A stretch of DNA of 64,000 nucleotides from the human T2T-CHM13v2.0 reference genome, Homo sapiens. Shown piece after piece: positions 1 to 21,982 of this stretch. The notes below the pieces were generated by a model, which searched no databases, had not been told where the DNA came from, and saw only the letters and a program-made list of their open reading frames with translations. The position numbers were made by a program, and so were the translations under genes. Numbering within the stretch: position 1 is the stretch's first letter; the number at the start of each line of letters is the position of its first letter. Location of the stretch: assembly GCF_009914755.1 (NCBI RefSeq), contig NC_060947.1; one strand, 5' to 3'.

Positions 1-160
1 GTGTGCTGCAACCACTGTCCTGCACCCACTGTCTGGCACTCCCTAGTGAGATGAACCTGGTACCTCAGATGGAAATGCAGGAATCACCCATCTTCTGCGT
101 CGCTCATGCTGGGAGCTGTAGACCAGAGTTGTTCCTATTTGGCCATCCTGGCTCCTCCCC
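1..160 (-). mobile_element. 5' end (5'UTR start) of an L1PA element (about L1PA3/4), extending left out of the window
   Basis: Reverse complement reads GGGGAGGAGCCAGGATGGCCAAATAGGAACAACTCTGGTCTACAGCTCCCAGC..., the L1PA 5' terminus, with CpG decay. Confidence 0.93.
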
Positions 161-460
161 TGGATTTTGTATATTTTTCTTATTTGGAGAACACTTAGGC
201 ATACAACTGCATCATCTGCAAGTATTTTTGTCTCTTCTTTTCTAATAATGATTCCTCTTATTTCTGTTTCAAATCTTATTGCGCTAGCCAGAACACCCAA
301 TACAATATTAAATAATAATGACAATAACGGACATCCTTATTTTATTTTCAATTTAAAAGGGAGTAAGAGTGACTGTTGGTTTGGAAGTCTCCTTACCACA
401 TGAAGAAAATGTTTATTTCTATTTTTTTAAATTATTTTATTAGAAATGGGTGTTTGCAAC
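161..460 (-). mobile_element. Old L1M ORF2 (RT domain) fragment
   Basis: ORF 43..324(-) contains [31 protein letters not shown], a degenerate L1 RT motif. Confidence 0.8.
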
Positions 461-577
461 ACTATTCCACATAAGATGTTTTCTTTCATTTTCAATTCTC
501 TCTCTTTTGTTTGGTATTACGGTAGCCACAGCTGAACCTTTCTAACCTCTAGGCTTTTGCCCATGCTTTTTCTTTTA

Positions 578-958
<381 letters not shown>

Positions 959-960
959 TT

Positions 961-1324
961 ACTATGGTTTGGAAGTTTGTCCTCCAAGCCTCATGTTGAA
1001 ATTTGATCCCCAATATTGGAGATGGGGCCTACTGGGAGGTATTTGGATCATGGGGGCAAATCCCTCATAAATAAATTAATGCCCCTCCCTTGGGGGTGAG
1101 TGAGTTCTAGTTCTGTTAGTTCCTACAAGAGCTGGTTGTTAAAAACAGGCTGGCACGTGCCAGCTCCCCTTCACCTTCTGCCATGAGTGGAAGCAGCTGA
1201 GGCCCTCATCAGATGCCCAGTCTTGAACTTTTCCAGGCATCAGAATTGTAAGCCAAATAAACCTCTTTTCTTTATAAATTAGCCTCAGGCAGTTCTTTAC
1301 AGCAACACTAAATGGACTAAGACA
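961..1324 (+). mobile_element. MaLR LTR (MSTB/MSTD-like)
   Basis: Starts CTATGGTTTGG..GTTTGT..CTCATGTTGAAATTTGATCCCCAAT, ends AATAAACCTCTTTTCTTTATAAATT...GGACTAAGACA. Confidence 0.85.
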
Positions 1325-1802
1325 AGGCTCATATAACTGGTAAGTGTAAGGAAAAATGTCACTTTAGGAACAAGGTTCAAACACTGTCATCAAGACTCCC
1401 TTCTTCCAGGTCCTATTCCTCTTTGCTTATCACAGCTTGTGATATAGATGTGGTATATCCTTACAGCTTGTGATCCAAAAGAAAGACTCACTAGACCCCA
1501 GTGACTTTGTCCATATATCACATTTCATATGATGACCCTGGCTGGCCCTGCATGAGACCTGTGGCCACCCCAAAGTTATGGGATGCTATGAATAGTCAAG
1601 TCGAGGTCATGTGCCCACCTCTGCACTTAGGAGTGGAGTGTAAGGAACTCTTATGCACAGTCCCAATAGAATTGTATATGACAGAGAGGGGCAGATCTCC
1701 ACAGGTCAGAGGAGATAGATGTCTGCTGTTATAAAGTGAACCACTTTTTTCTCTTTCTGCCTCTTCACTACCCCTCTCTAGAGAAAAAAAAAGTTGACTA
1801 AC

Positions 1803-1882
1803 CTGACTAATGAATTTGAGAGAAGTTACTGGGTAATGTGTGGCTCAGCTTTTCCTGGTTCCCACTTTTGAAGCCATCCTGT
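1803..1882 (-). pseudogene. Candidate decayed exon of MROH-like gene (last visible)
   Basis: ccctctttgcag| ... CAG|gttagt; translates TGWLQKWEPGKAEPHITQ*LLSNSLV. Confidence 0.35.
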
Positions 1883-1938
1883 CTGCAAAGAGGGTGCATT
1901 CTGATTTGCTCTCTGTGAGGGTGGCCTAGCTTACCCAC

Positions 1939-2002
1939 CTAAGTCAGTCAGTCTCTCTAATTCAGGGCAGAGGGTGTTTAAAAGGCCTGCTTGGCCACAG
2001 AT
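1939..2002 (-). pseudogene. Candidate decayed exon of MROH-like gene
   Basis: ctttag|ATCTGTGGCCAAGCA...TTAG|gtgggtaag; ICGQAGLLNTLCPELERLTDL, placed like MROH ACRFAL after the PLLL exon. Confidence 0.35.
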
Positions 2003-2733
2003 CTAAAGCCATGTCCACCAACAATTTCATCAGTAAGAATGCTAACATTTTGATCTCCATTTACTTGTCGCTTATGACTTATATCTCAATTGGTTCAAAA
2101 CTAAGAAGGAGAAAAGGGGGGATTATATACGGACATAATCCTTAACATGAAAACCTTAACATCCTGCTTCCCTCAAACCTGTGAAATTGGCACATTACCT
2201 ATCTGACATGAAGAAAAAATAAAATAAACAAAAACATTAATATCCACTACAAAGTCCCATCTCAAATATCACTTCTGTGAAGGCATACCTGACTCCTCTC
2301 ACTTCCAAGGTAGTTTGTTCATTTCTTGTTCCTCTGTTTATATGGCTAATACAGCACTTCTTAGATTAAAGAATAATTGTGTTAATATATTTTCCCCCAC
2401 TAGGCAGCCTTCTCAAATGTAGAGATCATTTTATTACTCTTCCAATCCCAGCATCTGGTATCTTACTAAGTGCTTGTCTTTATGTGGGGAAAAAGGATAT
2501 TTTCTTTCCTTTTTAATTACGTTTGACATAAAGCCTTCTCAAAAAGTTTTTAGAAGTTTAATTAGATTTCATTCACTTATTTCTCATCTATCTGCCTACT
2601 TATTAGCCTTTTAATAAACTCTTAATATTAGGAATGCTAACCCTCTAATGAAAACCATGTTGTCCTTCACCTAGATTATGTCTCCTTAATTACAGATTCT
2701 ACAAGTTTGCCTCATGGAAGGGAGCCAATATGA

Positions 2734-2896
2734 TCTGAGCACCTGCAGATAAGAGAAAAGGCACTTGAGGAGGAGTGGTTGAGTTAGATGAACCAGCTGC
2801 TTCTGAAGAAGGGGCAGACGTATGTACGTTTTAAAGCTGAGAGCTGTGAAGGAAGAAAGAGCCCCTAAAAGACAGGAATAAGAAGACACAAACATA
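2734..2896 (-). pseudogene. Decayed exon of MROH-like gene (best-preserved)
   Basis: Acceptor ctccatttcctacacag|; open frame MFVSSYSCLLGALSSFTALSFKTYIRLPLLQKQLVHLTQPLLLKCLFSYLQVLR vs recalled MROH1 FFDSEKMEFRTASIRLFGHL...DQVVGGLAPLLLHLQDPQATVAS. Confidence 0.55.
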
Positions 2897-2961
2897 CTGT
2901 GTAGGAAATGGAGGTCATTCTAAAGCTATCTGGAAACAGTCACCATGGTGACTGTGCTCAC

Positions 2962-3051
2962 GTAGTGAGACATAATAATACCATAGTAGGGTGAACCTGG
3001 CAGACCATTGCAATACAAGTTTCCTGCTTTGACATCTTATGTAGTCTGGTC
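2962..3051 (-). pseudogene. Candidate decayed exon of MROH-like gene
   Basis: 90 nt, stop-free, phase 2-2 (TRLHKMSKQETCIAMVCQVHPTMVLLCLT); donor AC|gtgagc; long polypyrimidine tract with AG mutated to GG; phase matches the exon starting at 2896. Confidence 0.45.
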
Positions 3052-3153
3052 CCATAGAAAGAGAAAAACAGCAGTCTAAAGTACAATATATGGATGCTTT
3101 AATTTCAACATCTTCTCAGGATGGGAATTTGCAATTAGATGTCAAAGGAGGAG

Positions 3154-3397
3154 TGTCTTACTTCATTTGCATTGCTATAAACGAATACCTGAGGCTGGGT
3201 AATTTATAAAGAAAAAAAGATTTATTTGGCTTATGGTTCTGCAAGCTGCAAGAAGCGTAACATCAGCATCTGTTTCTGGTGAGGGCCTCAGGGTGCTTTT
3301 ACTCATGGTGGAAGGCAAAGGGAAGCAGGCATCACATGGCAAGAGAGGAAGGAAGAGACAGCGGAAGGAGGTGCCGCTCTTTCAACAATCAGCTACT
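3154..3397 (-). mobile_element. MaLR LTR fragment (MSTB-like)
   Basis: TGTCTTA...ATTGCTATAAACGAATACCTGAGGCTGGGTAATTTATAAAG motif. Confidence 0.85.
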
Positions 3398-3942
3398 TTT
3401 GATGGTCAATGTTAGGTGTCAACTTGACTGCACTGAGGGATTGCCCAGATGGCTGGTGAAGCATTGTTTTGGGGTGTGTCTGTGAGGGTGTTTCCAGAGA
3501 AGATTGGCATGTGAGTCAGCTGACTAGGAGAGGAAGACCCACCCTCAATGTAGGCAGGCACCATCCAGTCAGCCGCTGGTGGGTCATAAACAAAGCAAGT
3601 GGAAGAAGGGAGATATTCAGCTTGCTTAGTTTCCTCTTTTTCTCTCCCTTTGAGAGCAGGATGCTTTTATTCCTCCTGCCCTTGCACATCAGACTCTAGG
3701 ATTTCAGCCTTTGGACTCTAGGACTTACACCAGTACCTCCTGAGGGCTGTCAGGCCTTTGGCCTCAGACTCGGGGCTGTACTGCTGGCTTCCCAGGTTTT
3801 GAGGCATTCAGATTTGGACTAAGCCACACTGCTGGCTTTTCTCATTACCCAGCTTGCTGATGGCCTGTAGTGGAACTTCACCTTTGCAATCGTGTGAGCC
3901 AATTCTTTCTAATAAACTTATATATATAAACTAACAGATAAG

Positions 3943-3977
<35 letters not shown>

Positions 3978-4028
3978 TACACACATATATACATATATAC
4001 ATATATACATATATACATATACATATAC

Positions 4029-4084
<56 letters not shown>

Positions 4085-4122
4085 TTTTGGTTCTATCCCT
4101 CTGGATAACTCTGACTAATACA
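3398..4122 (+). mobile_element. ERVL LTR (MLT2 family) with internal (TA)n/(TATACA)n expansion
   Basis: TGATGGTCAAT..GTGTCAACTTGA start, CTGACTAATACA end, TA tract at the position typical of MLT2. Confidence 0.88.
3946..4082. repeat. (TA)n / (TATACA)n compound microsatellite
   Basis: Direct reading. Confidence 0.98.
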
Positions 4123-5266
<1,144 letters not shown>

Positions 5267-5560
5267 CTAAAATGAGGCCAGTAGGGTGGGCTGTAATCCA
5301 ATCTGACTGGTGTCCTTATAAGAGGAAATTTAAACATACAAAGAAACACCAGAGACACATACACACAGAGAATAGACCATGTGAGGACACAGCAAGAAGG
5401 AGACCATTTGCAAGCCAAGAAGAAAGGCCTCAGGAGAAACCAACCTTCTGATACCTTGATCTTGGACTTCTAGTCTCCAGAACTGTGAAGAAATTAATTT
5501 CTGTTGTTTAAGCCACTCCGTCTGTGCTATTTTGTTATGGCAGCCCTAGCAAACTAAAAT
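5267..5560 (+). mobile_element. MLT1B-like LTR fragment
   Basis: GACTGGTGTCCTTATAAGAGG...GGACTTCTAGTCTCCAGAACTGTGA...GCAGCCCTAGCAAACTAA. Confidence 0.85.
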
Positions 5561-5760
5561 ACTTGCCATTGAACATTTTTCAAAATCTACTGTGTTATCC
5601 TTTTGTGGTATCCTAAAATAACTATTCCTTATTATTATAAATTTATGTTGTTCTCACATTTTCGCTATGATAAGCAATGCTTCAATGAATGGGAAATTGG
5701 ATATTCTTAGACATATTTTTCATCAAATAAGAATAGCTAGATTAACTCCCTTTCTACACT

Positions 5761-5870
5761 CTAGAGAAATTTCTGACTGCTCTCAAGATCAACCCTAGTG
5801 ATATACTAACAAATTCTCATTTTGGTTCCATTATTTCTATTCTTTACATAGAGACCAACTTTCTGGTAAT
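5761..5870 (-). pseudogene. Candidate decayed exon of MROH-like gene
   Basis: tatctgttttag| phase 0; ITRKLVSM*RIEIMEPK*EFVSISLGLILRAVRNFS; ends phase 2 (AG) matching the next exon; donor degenerate. Confidence 0.4.
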
Positions 5871-6081
5871 CTAAAACAGATAATAACATGATCAAGTAAA
5901 TTCATTTTCTTTTCCTTTTCTGTTTTTTGTTTTGTTTTGTTTTTCTGAGACAGGGTCTCGCTCTGTTGCCCAGGCTGAAGTGTGGTGGTGTGATCACAGC
6001 TCACTGCAGCCGGCTCAAGCAATCCTCCCACGTCAGCCTCCCAAGTGTCTGGGAATACAAGCACACAATACCATGCCCAGC

Positions 6082-6112
<31 letters not shown>

Positions 6113-6499
6113 TATAGAGACAGGGTCTCACCATGTTATGCAGGCTGGTCTGGAGCTCCTGGGCTCAAGTGATCCTCCCTCCCACCTAGGCAACCCAAAG
6201 TGCTGGGATTACAGGTGTGGGTCACTGCACCCGGCCACAAAAAGAATTACTGAGCTTCTGTTACATGTCAGGCACTGTGCTAAGAAGTGAAAAGTCAAGT
6301 TCCTTATCTTCAATGAGTTCATAGTCTAGTATGGAAGATGAGCATGTAAGCAGATAATTACAATGCATTGTAATAAGGGCTATTAGATCTCAAAAGAAAG
6401 AACAACCTACAGAATGGCCGAAAAAAAAAAAGCCATCCAGGAAAAATTCACAGAAGAGAAGATGAAACCTATCAAATAATCTACAGGCTAGAACACTGA

Positions 6500-6668
6500 T
6501 TCCAAACCAAGAAGGTGAAATTTAATGGCAATAAATATTTAAGAAGCCATATATTCAGTTTTAAAACTTGACCACACAGGGATAAGATGGAATGAACTGA
6601 CTTAAAATGATATGAAGAAAAACTGGAGGTATTCATTGATAACAAGTTGTAAATGTGCCAACAATTTC
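6500..6668 (+). mobile_element. L3/CR1 ORF2 relic
   Basis: Degenerate KMKFN..K / HKYRMG / KDLGVLVD..LNMSQQ-like sequence. Confidence 0.55.
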
Positions 6669-6670
6669 AA

Positions 6671-7503
<833 letters not shown>

Positions 7504-7639
7504 TAAAACAGGTACTAAATATGATAAGGTACAAAAAGTATCATATTTTTCATTCAAACAGCATTTACAATCTACAATGGGCCAGGAAGTATGTTAGGCA
7601 CTGGAGATACAGAAAAGAAAACATCATCCCTGTCCTTGA

Positions 7640-9330
<1,691 letters not shown>

Positions 9331-10009
9331 ATGGGGGAGATTCCACTTCCAAATGTCAGTGTGAGGAGCTCCACAGATCCACTCCCCTGTGAAACTCCCT
9401 AGTTGGTAAAAATTACTTACTTACACACACACACACACACACTTAAACTCTCTGGAAATTGCCCTAAGGGCATAGAGCAAATGAAGAAATATTTATGCAA
9501 GAAAACCTACTAAATCACAGTAAGAAGAAGAGTCTGGGATACTTGAGCAATGACCCACACCCTACCCGACCCCAGTTCAGCATGATGGAAACTCCACTCC
9601 ACTCCAGGCAGATATAACCAAGAAGACAGGACATCCTCTCCTGCTTGATCCCGGTCAAAGGCTATAATATCTCCCCAGGAAAGGCAGACCTCCAGCATTT
9701 CTCAACCACCCCAGCTCCAGCAGGAGAAGCTAAATTCCTGGCAATTCAGGCCAAGAGGGCTGCCCTCCTCCACCCACCCCCCACTCATAGGTCAGAGGCT
9801 CTACTCAGGTGCAGCAGGACAAAAATACTGCAGCCCTGATGGCCCTTGTCCCAGCTGCCTTAAAGGGCAGAGGTTCTACACTGGCAAGCCAATAAGACTA
9901 CAGGCTACTGGCCTTTCCCAATGCTCTGCTAATTAAACACAGGTGACATTCCAAGAAGAACAAGCCAGTGTCCCCACCCCATTTCCAGAGTAGAGGCTCA
10001 GAGATGTAG

Positions 10010-10704
<695 letters not shown>

Positions 10705-11025
10705 TCAAAAGTTTGTTGGCCGGGCATGGTGGCTGATGCCTGTAATCCCAGCACTTTGGGAGGCTGAGGTGGGTGGATCACGAGGTCAAGAGTTCAAGAC
10801 CAACTTGGCCAAGATGGTGAAACCCCGTCTCTACTAACAATACAAAAATTAGCCGTGCACGGTGACAGGCACCTGTAATCCCAGCTACTCGGGAGGCTGA
10901 GGCAGGAGAATCACTTAAACCTGGGGTGGGGGCGGTGGCGGAGGTTGCAGTGAGCTGAGATTACGCCACTGCACTCCAGCCTGGGAGGCAGAGTGAGAAT
11001 CCGTCTCAAAAAAACAAAAAAAAAG

Positions 11026-14772
<3,747 letters not shown>

Positions 14773-14865
14773 TAAACGAGGGAGCTCTTTAGGTTTAGAG
14801 ATACATATATCCAATCGATAGAAAGACATAGATATAGATATATAGATCTCCAATACATATTGTTA

Positions 14866-15229
<364 letters not shown>

Positions 15230-15292
15230 CTAAAAAGGAGGAAAAATTCTATATACATGCACAATTGCTTATATATGAATAGTTTATCTCTA

Positions 15293-15460
15293 CAGCTTTT
15301 CTCAACAAGTGTTCAAAGAACAAAGCCCTAAAGAAAATTATTTTTGTGGCTATTTTCTAATTCCTCCAAGAACTGCACATAACTAATGCCATTCTAGATG
15401 CATAGGAGATAAGTTTATTCATTACACACAATGGATGCCAGAGGGCATCAGGCCTGGGCT
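15293..15460 (-). mobile_element. MER105-like hAT element
   Basis: CAGCTTTTCTCAAC terminus; CCATTCTAGATGCATAGGAGA..ATTCATTACA..CAATGGATGCC. Confidence 0.65.
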
Positions 15461-15670
15461 GCAAAAGAATACCAAAGTAACTGAAAATCCTGGTTGCCAC
15501 TGGAATAAGGATGGGAAGGAATTTTTTTTCCTAGTATGCCCTTTCACACCTTATGAATTTTGACCCAAAAAACAAATATTAATTTTAAAAATTTTAATTG
15601 AAGTTTATCTATGAAAAAGGAACAAAATAGATTTAACTAAAGGTGGATATAGAATTAATGAAGTCTCAGA

Positions 15671-16024
<354 letters not shown>

Positions 16025-16872
16025 TTACTGGCTGCAGCTGAGAATCTAGTGGAGATGGAAAAGTTGAAGATAAAAGAAAGAAGAAAAAATAATATCGACC
16101 TAGCCATGTGCCTGTAGAGATGGGAAGATATAGTACTCCAAGCACACACAAATGTAACTAAATGGTGTGGTAGGGGAGCTGGTATTTGGCTTTAATTTTC
16201 AGGACATCTTCAGAGTGGGAGGATAGAGAAGGCAGCCTAAGAGAGGTGAAGGAAGTTTGAAAGAGCATCTATGGGGAATGGGAGCAAAAGGTGCCTAGTT
16301 ATAGTAAAAGGTCTGCTAGGTCATTGTGGTTCCACTGTATTTCAAAGGCGGCAGAGGGTCATGCATTTCACTTGAGGCTTCACATCTGAGTAGAGCCACT
16401 GCAAACTACAGTGCAAGTTCAAGTTAAGGCAACTAAGATGGGACGTTTTTGGGAAACCTTGTAACATGGGGACTGGCTAAAGAAGTTAGAACTATTGAAC
16501 TTGAATAAAATGAATCTAAAACGAGGCATGTGAGAAAAAGGCCACAGATAATAGCCAAATATGTGATGGTTTGCCATATAAAACAAGACAGAATTAGGAG
16601 ATCATCTAGCTCTAAAATTCTGTGATTTCTCTTCCCAAACAGACAATAAACAATCACTGGTTGTTGAATGAATGTATATAAGTACTGAAAACAGACTGGA
16701 GAGATGGGAAGGGTCATAATGCAGTGGATTAAGGAGTGAATGGAAAAGAAGGAAAAAAAAGAGCAAATGCAGACTACTCTTCTGAGAAGCTAGGCTATAA
16801 AGGAAAAGAGAAAATGAAATTTAGCTAAACAGAAATGCAGAATTCAGGAAGAGAAGAATGATAATATCTAAT

Positions 16873-17778
16873 AGCATATTTCATTGATTCAAAGATGCAC
16901 ATTTCTTCATGTTTTTAAAATTTCTGAAATTGGGACGCATCTTACAATTAATGGAATCTCACGTTTGCTGTCGGCTAGCAGCAGTTGTGATGTAGTTGTC
17001 ATTGCCTGACACCTTCTGGTAAGATCAAAAAAGCACCAGCGTCAAAACTTGCATAATAGATGTCAGCAACTTAGAAGAAAACAATAATAGGACACAATTT
17101 TTTCCCCCGGAAATCCTCAGTGTTCTTAATGACAAAGAGAATAATATTTTATGGAAAACTCAGAACATGTTGACTGAGTCAAACAGTAATTCGAAGTCAG
17201 ATCTCCAAATGTAAAAATATTTTAGAAATACTTTAACCAGTTTTATTTATTTCCTTTCAATGTTCCTTGCAACATATGCAGGATAGTGATATATGATAAA
17301 AATCCATTTATAAATAAGTCTTTTAAAAAAAAGAGAGAGACAGGGTTTTGCCATGTTGCCTAGGCTGGTCTCAAATTCCTGGGACCAAGCAACCCATTCG
17401 CTTCAACCTCCCAAAGTGCTGGGATTACAGGCATGAGCCACCGTGCCCAGCTCCTAAACAAGTCTTAAACAGAACCTACAATAATTATAAAATATAAATT
17501 CTAGATGCTAAAATTGTCTTGTGTTATAATTTATTTATTTACTTAGAGACTGCATCTCTCTCTGTCATGCAGGCTGGAGGGCAGCTGGCACAAGCATAGC
17601 TCACTGCTGCCTTGAACTCCTGGCCTCAAGAGAATCTCCTGCCTCAGCCTCCCAAAGTGCTGGGAACACCGTGCCCAGCCTTGTGTTATAATTTAGTTGG
17701 CAGTATTTTGTTCTTTATTAACGGTGCATAAAATATGGGTGCATCTTATAGTCAATGATTTTCAGATTAGATGAAATA
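16873..17778. mobile_element. TcMar-Tc2 element (MER104/Kanga-like) with two Alu fragments inside
   Basis: TATTTCATTGATTCAAAGATGCACATTT at left, GATTAGATGAAATA at right (degenerate TIRs). Confidence 0.6.
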
Positions 17779-19022
17779 AAATAATACTACATCTTGAACA
17801 ATATCTATCAAAGTACCATATTAGTAGGTGCAAAAATGCTCATTTATTAGGCATTAACATATTCATTCAACAAATATTCACAGAGCATTTACTACATACC
17901 AGGTACTGGATGCTGAACATAAAATGGTCAATAATGCATAGTTCTATAGTTCTCATTCTTATGAGCTTAATCACTAGGTAGGACAGTGGCTCCCAAATTG
18001 GTCCCTCAGAATTAGTTCCTCAAGATACTTCCAGAAAAAATAGTTCTATGGTCAGATTAATCTGAGAAATGTCACATACTAAGTTCACTTCTTCACAATG
18101 TAATTATCACATTAAAGGCTTTTTAAAAATCCTGTGGTAAAGGAGGTTGCTTAATTTGGTTTCACCCTACATATTCCAAACTTATTAATGATGTAAACCC
18201 AGATTCAGAATTGTGATACATAATATAAAAAGAGCTCCTACAAATCTATGGGAAAAAGACAAACAATATACGCAAAGGACATCAATAGGCAACCAACGGA
18301 AAAAAAATTGGTTAATGACCAATATATCTGAAAAAAACGCTCAACTTCACTCACAATTAAGAAATACAAATTAAAACAATGAGTGAGCCAATTTTTCCTC
18401 ATCATATTGGCAAAGATGAAAAAAGATTAATGATAATGTGTTGTGAAGATGTAGGGAAGAAATTTCCACTTTTTGCTGTTTTGAGTGTGTGAAGGGGATC
18501 AATGTTTTAAGAGAATGATTTGGCAATATCTACCAATTTTACTTCTATGAATTTATCTTATAGAAATACTTGCACAGGTGCCCAAAGATTTACGTACAAA
18601 CGATGTCCACTATAACATTGCTTGAATAGTGAAAAACTGGAAAGAACCCAAATGTCCATCACCTGGGCATTTAATAAACTATATTACATCCACACAAAGG
18701 TCTACTATAAAGCCATTATAAAGATAAGAGAGTTCTAAATGAAGATGTCTGATTGAAGATGTCTGATTAAAGATATGTGCTTATCTCCCTCCCTTTTGAC
18801 ATCCCATTAAAATGGTAATAAAAGAATAAGCCCTTAAGAGTGAAGAAAATGGGCTTAACAAATTTTTGGAAGATTGGAAGTGTGTCAACTGATGAAACAG
18901 AATGGAACAAGCCAACGTGCCTGGCAGAATCCCAGAGAGGTTCCTGTTTCAGAGCTAGGAAGTGCTCAAGGTCAAAATAAGAAGGGAGTCCGAAAACTAG
19001 GGGGTGAACTGAAAACCTGTGA

Positions 19023-19423
<401 letters not shown>

Positions 19424-19509
19424 AAAGAAGTGCCCCCATTGGCTCCTTATGATCCCCCCACCCATCATCCCCATATTTAGCATAGTTAGCCCAATCTTTA
19501 TCTCCTAGC

Positions 19510-19605
19510 CAAAAAAAAAGGAGGGAAGGGAAGGGAAGGGAGAAAAGAAAAGGAAAGAAGAGAAAAGAAAGAAAAGAAAAAGGAAAGAAAGGAAAGGAAA
19601 GGAAA
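19510..19605. repeat. GA-rich polypurine low-complexity tract
   Basis: (GGGAA)n/(GAAAA)n. Confidence 0.9.
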
Positions 19606-19763
19606 CTGGAGGACTCAACAGAAATAGAATAAGCTGCCTAAAGAAAACTAAGGATCATGTAGGTGCTAGTGCCACAGAGCAAAATAAAATTCTTCCTAAT
19701 TTGGCATTTGAGGGCCTCCAGCCTAAAGGCAGCTTCCCTAACCTAAGTCTAAAAGAGAAAGTC

Positions 19764-21001
19764 ATATGTAGAAAGCTGAAACTGGATCCCTTCCTTACAC
19801 CTTATACAAAAATTAATTCAAGATGGATCAAAGACTTACATGTTAGACCTAAAACCATAAAAACCCTAGAAGAAAACCTAGGCATTACCATTCAGGACAT
19901 AGGCATGGGCAAGGACTTCATGTCTAAAACACCAAAAGCAATGGCAACAAAAGCCAAAATTGACAAATGGGATCTAACTAAACTAAAGAGCTTCTGCACA
20001 GCAAAAGAAACTACCATCAGAGTGAACAGGCAACCTACAAAATGGGAGAAAATTTTCACAACCTACTCATCTGACAAAGGGCTAATATCCAGAATCTACA
20101 ATGAACTCAAACAAATTTACAAGAAAAAAACAAACAACCCCATCAAAAAGTGGGCAAAGGATATGAACAGACATTTCTCAAAAGAAGACATTTATGCAGC
20201 CAAAAGACACGTGAAAAAATGCTCATCATCACTGGCCATCAGGGAAATGCAAATCAAAACCACAATGAGATACCATCTCACACCAGTTAGAATGGCGATC
20301 ATTAAAAAGTCAGGAAACAACAGGTGCTGGAGAGGATGTGGAGAAATAGGAACACTTTTACGCTGTTGGTGGGACTGTAAACTAGTTCAACCATTGTGGA
20401 AGTCAGTATGGCGATTCCTCAGGGATCTAGAACTAGAAATACCATTTGACCCAGCCATCCCATTACTGGGTGTATACCCAAAGGACTATAAATCATGCTG
20501 CTATAAAGACACATGCACATGTATGTTTATTGTGGCACTATTCACAATAGCAAAGACTTGGAACAAACCCAAATGCCCAACAATGATAGACTGGATTAAG
20601 AAAATGTGGCACATATACACCATGGAATACTACACAGCCATAAAAAAGGATGAGTTCATGTCCTTTGTAGGGACATGGATGAAATTGGAAATCATCATTC
20701 TCAGTAAACTATCACAAGGACAAAAAACCAAACACCGCATGTTCTCACTCATAGATGGGAATTGAACAATGAGAACACATGGACACAGGAAGGGGAACAT
20801 CACACTCTGGGGACTGTTGTGGGGTGGGGGGAGGGGGGAGGGATAGCATTAGGAGATATACCTAATGCTAAATGACGAGTTAATGGGTGCAGCACACCAA
20901 CACGGCACATGTATACATATGTAACTAACCTGCACATTGTGCACATGTACCCTAAAACTTAAAGTATAATAATAATAAAAAATAAATAAAAAATAAAAAA
21001 A
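19764..21001 (+). mobile_element. 5'-truncated L1PA (about L1PA3), 1.24 kb, ORF2 C-terminus uninterrupted
   Basis: ORF reads [21 protein letters not shown]...CWWDCK...[10 protein letters not shown]; G-rich 3'UTR with GAG (non-Ta) diagnostic; 14-bp TSD TAAAAGAGAAAGTC (19750-19763 / 21002-21015). Confidence 0.97.
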
Positions 21002-21554
21002 TAAAAGAGAAAGTCGCTAGTCACAAGTCCTGACCAGTTACACAGATGTCTTAGTTAGACTCCCTATCCAGGGGAAAACCCCAGTGAGAAAATGGATCTG
21101 CATATATAAAGTAGAGAAACCTGTATCAACTACCTATTGCTTCATTTTTAAATATGAAGAAACAAAGACTACCAGAAATATGAAGAAAAATAGCATATAA
21201 AAAGAAACGCCAAGATAAACAAGCAGAATTTACCTGGAGGGAACAGAGATACTTCAGAGTAGATTGCAAGGATCTAATAAGATCAAAGGAGGGGAAAAAG
21301 TCCACACCTAGACACTATATCACTTTACACTATCAGGAATAAAAAGAAAATTGTAACTGCTTCCAGAAAGGAAAAGTAGGTCACTCATAAAGAAATAAAA
21401 AGCAGATTTCTCATTAACAACACCGGATGTGAGACCACTTTAAAATTCTGAGGGAAAATTACTCTGAAGTTAGAATTAAAAACCTATCCAAAGCCGGGCA
21501 CGGTGGCTCACGCCTGTAATCCCAGCACTTTGGGAGGCCGAGGCAGGTGGATCA

Positions 21555-21926
<372 letters not shown>

Positions 21927-21982
21927 TTATAAAGTAGGTCTGAAAAGCAATCAGTCCAATTTAGAATAAGAAACCAGTGCTA

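Noticed and set aside
1330-1735. Possible exon or 77-aa ORF
   Set aside because: Contains GGTCATGTGCCCACC, typical of old ERVL LTRs (LTR16/33-like)
18740-18775. Tandem TGAAGATGTCTGAT x2
   Set aside because: Ordinary short slippage duplication in an L1M relic
19701-20765. 354-aa ORF as a novel protein
   Set aside because: Truncated L1 ORF2 with a chance in-frame TTG in the flank
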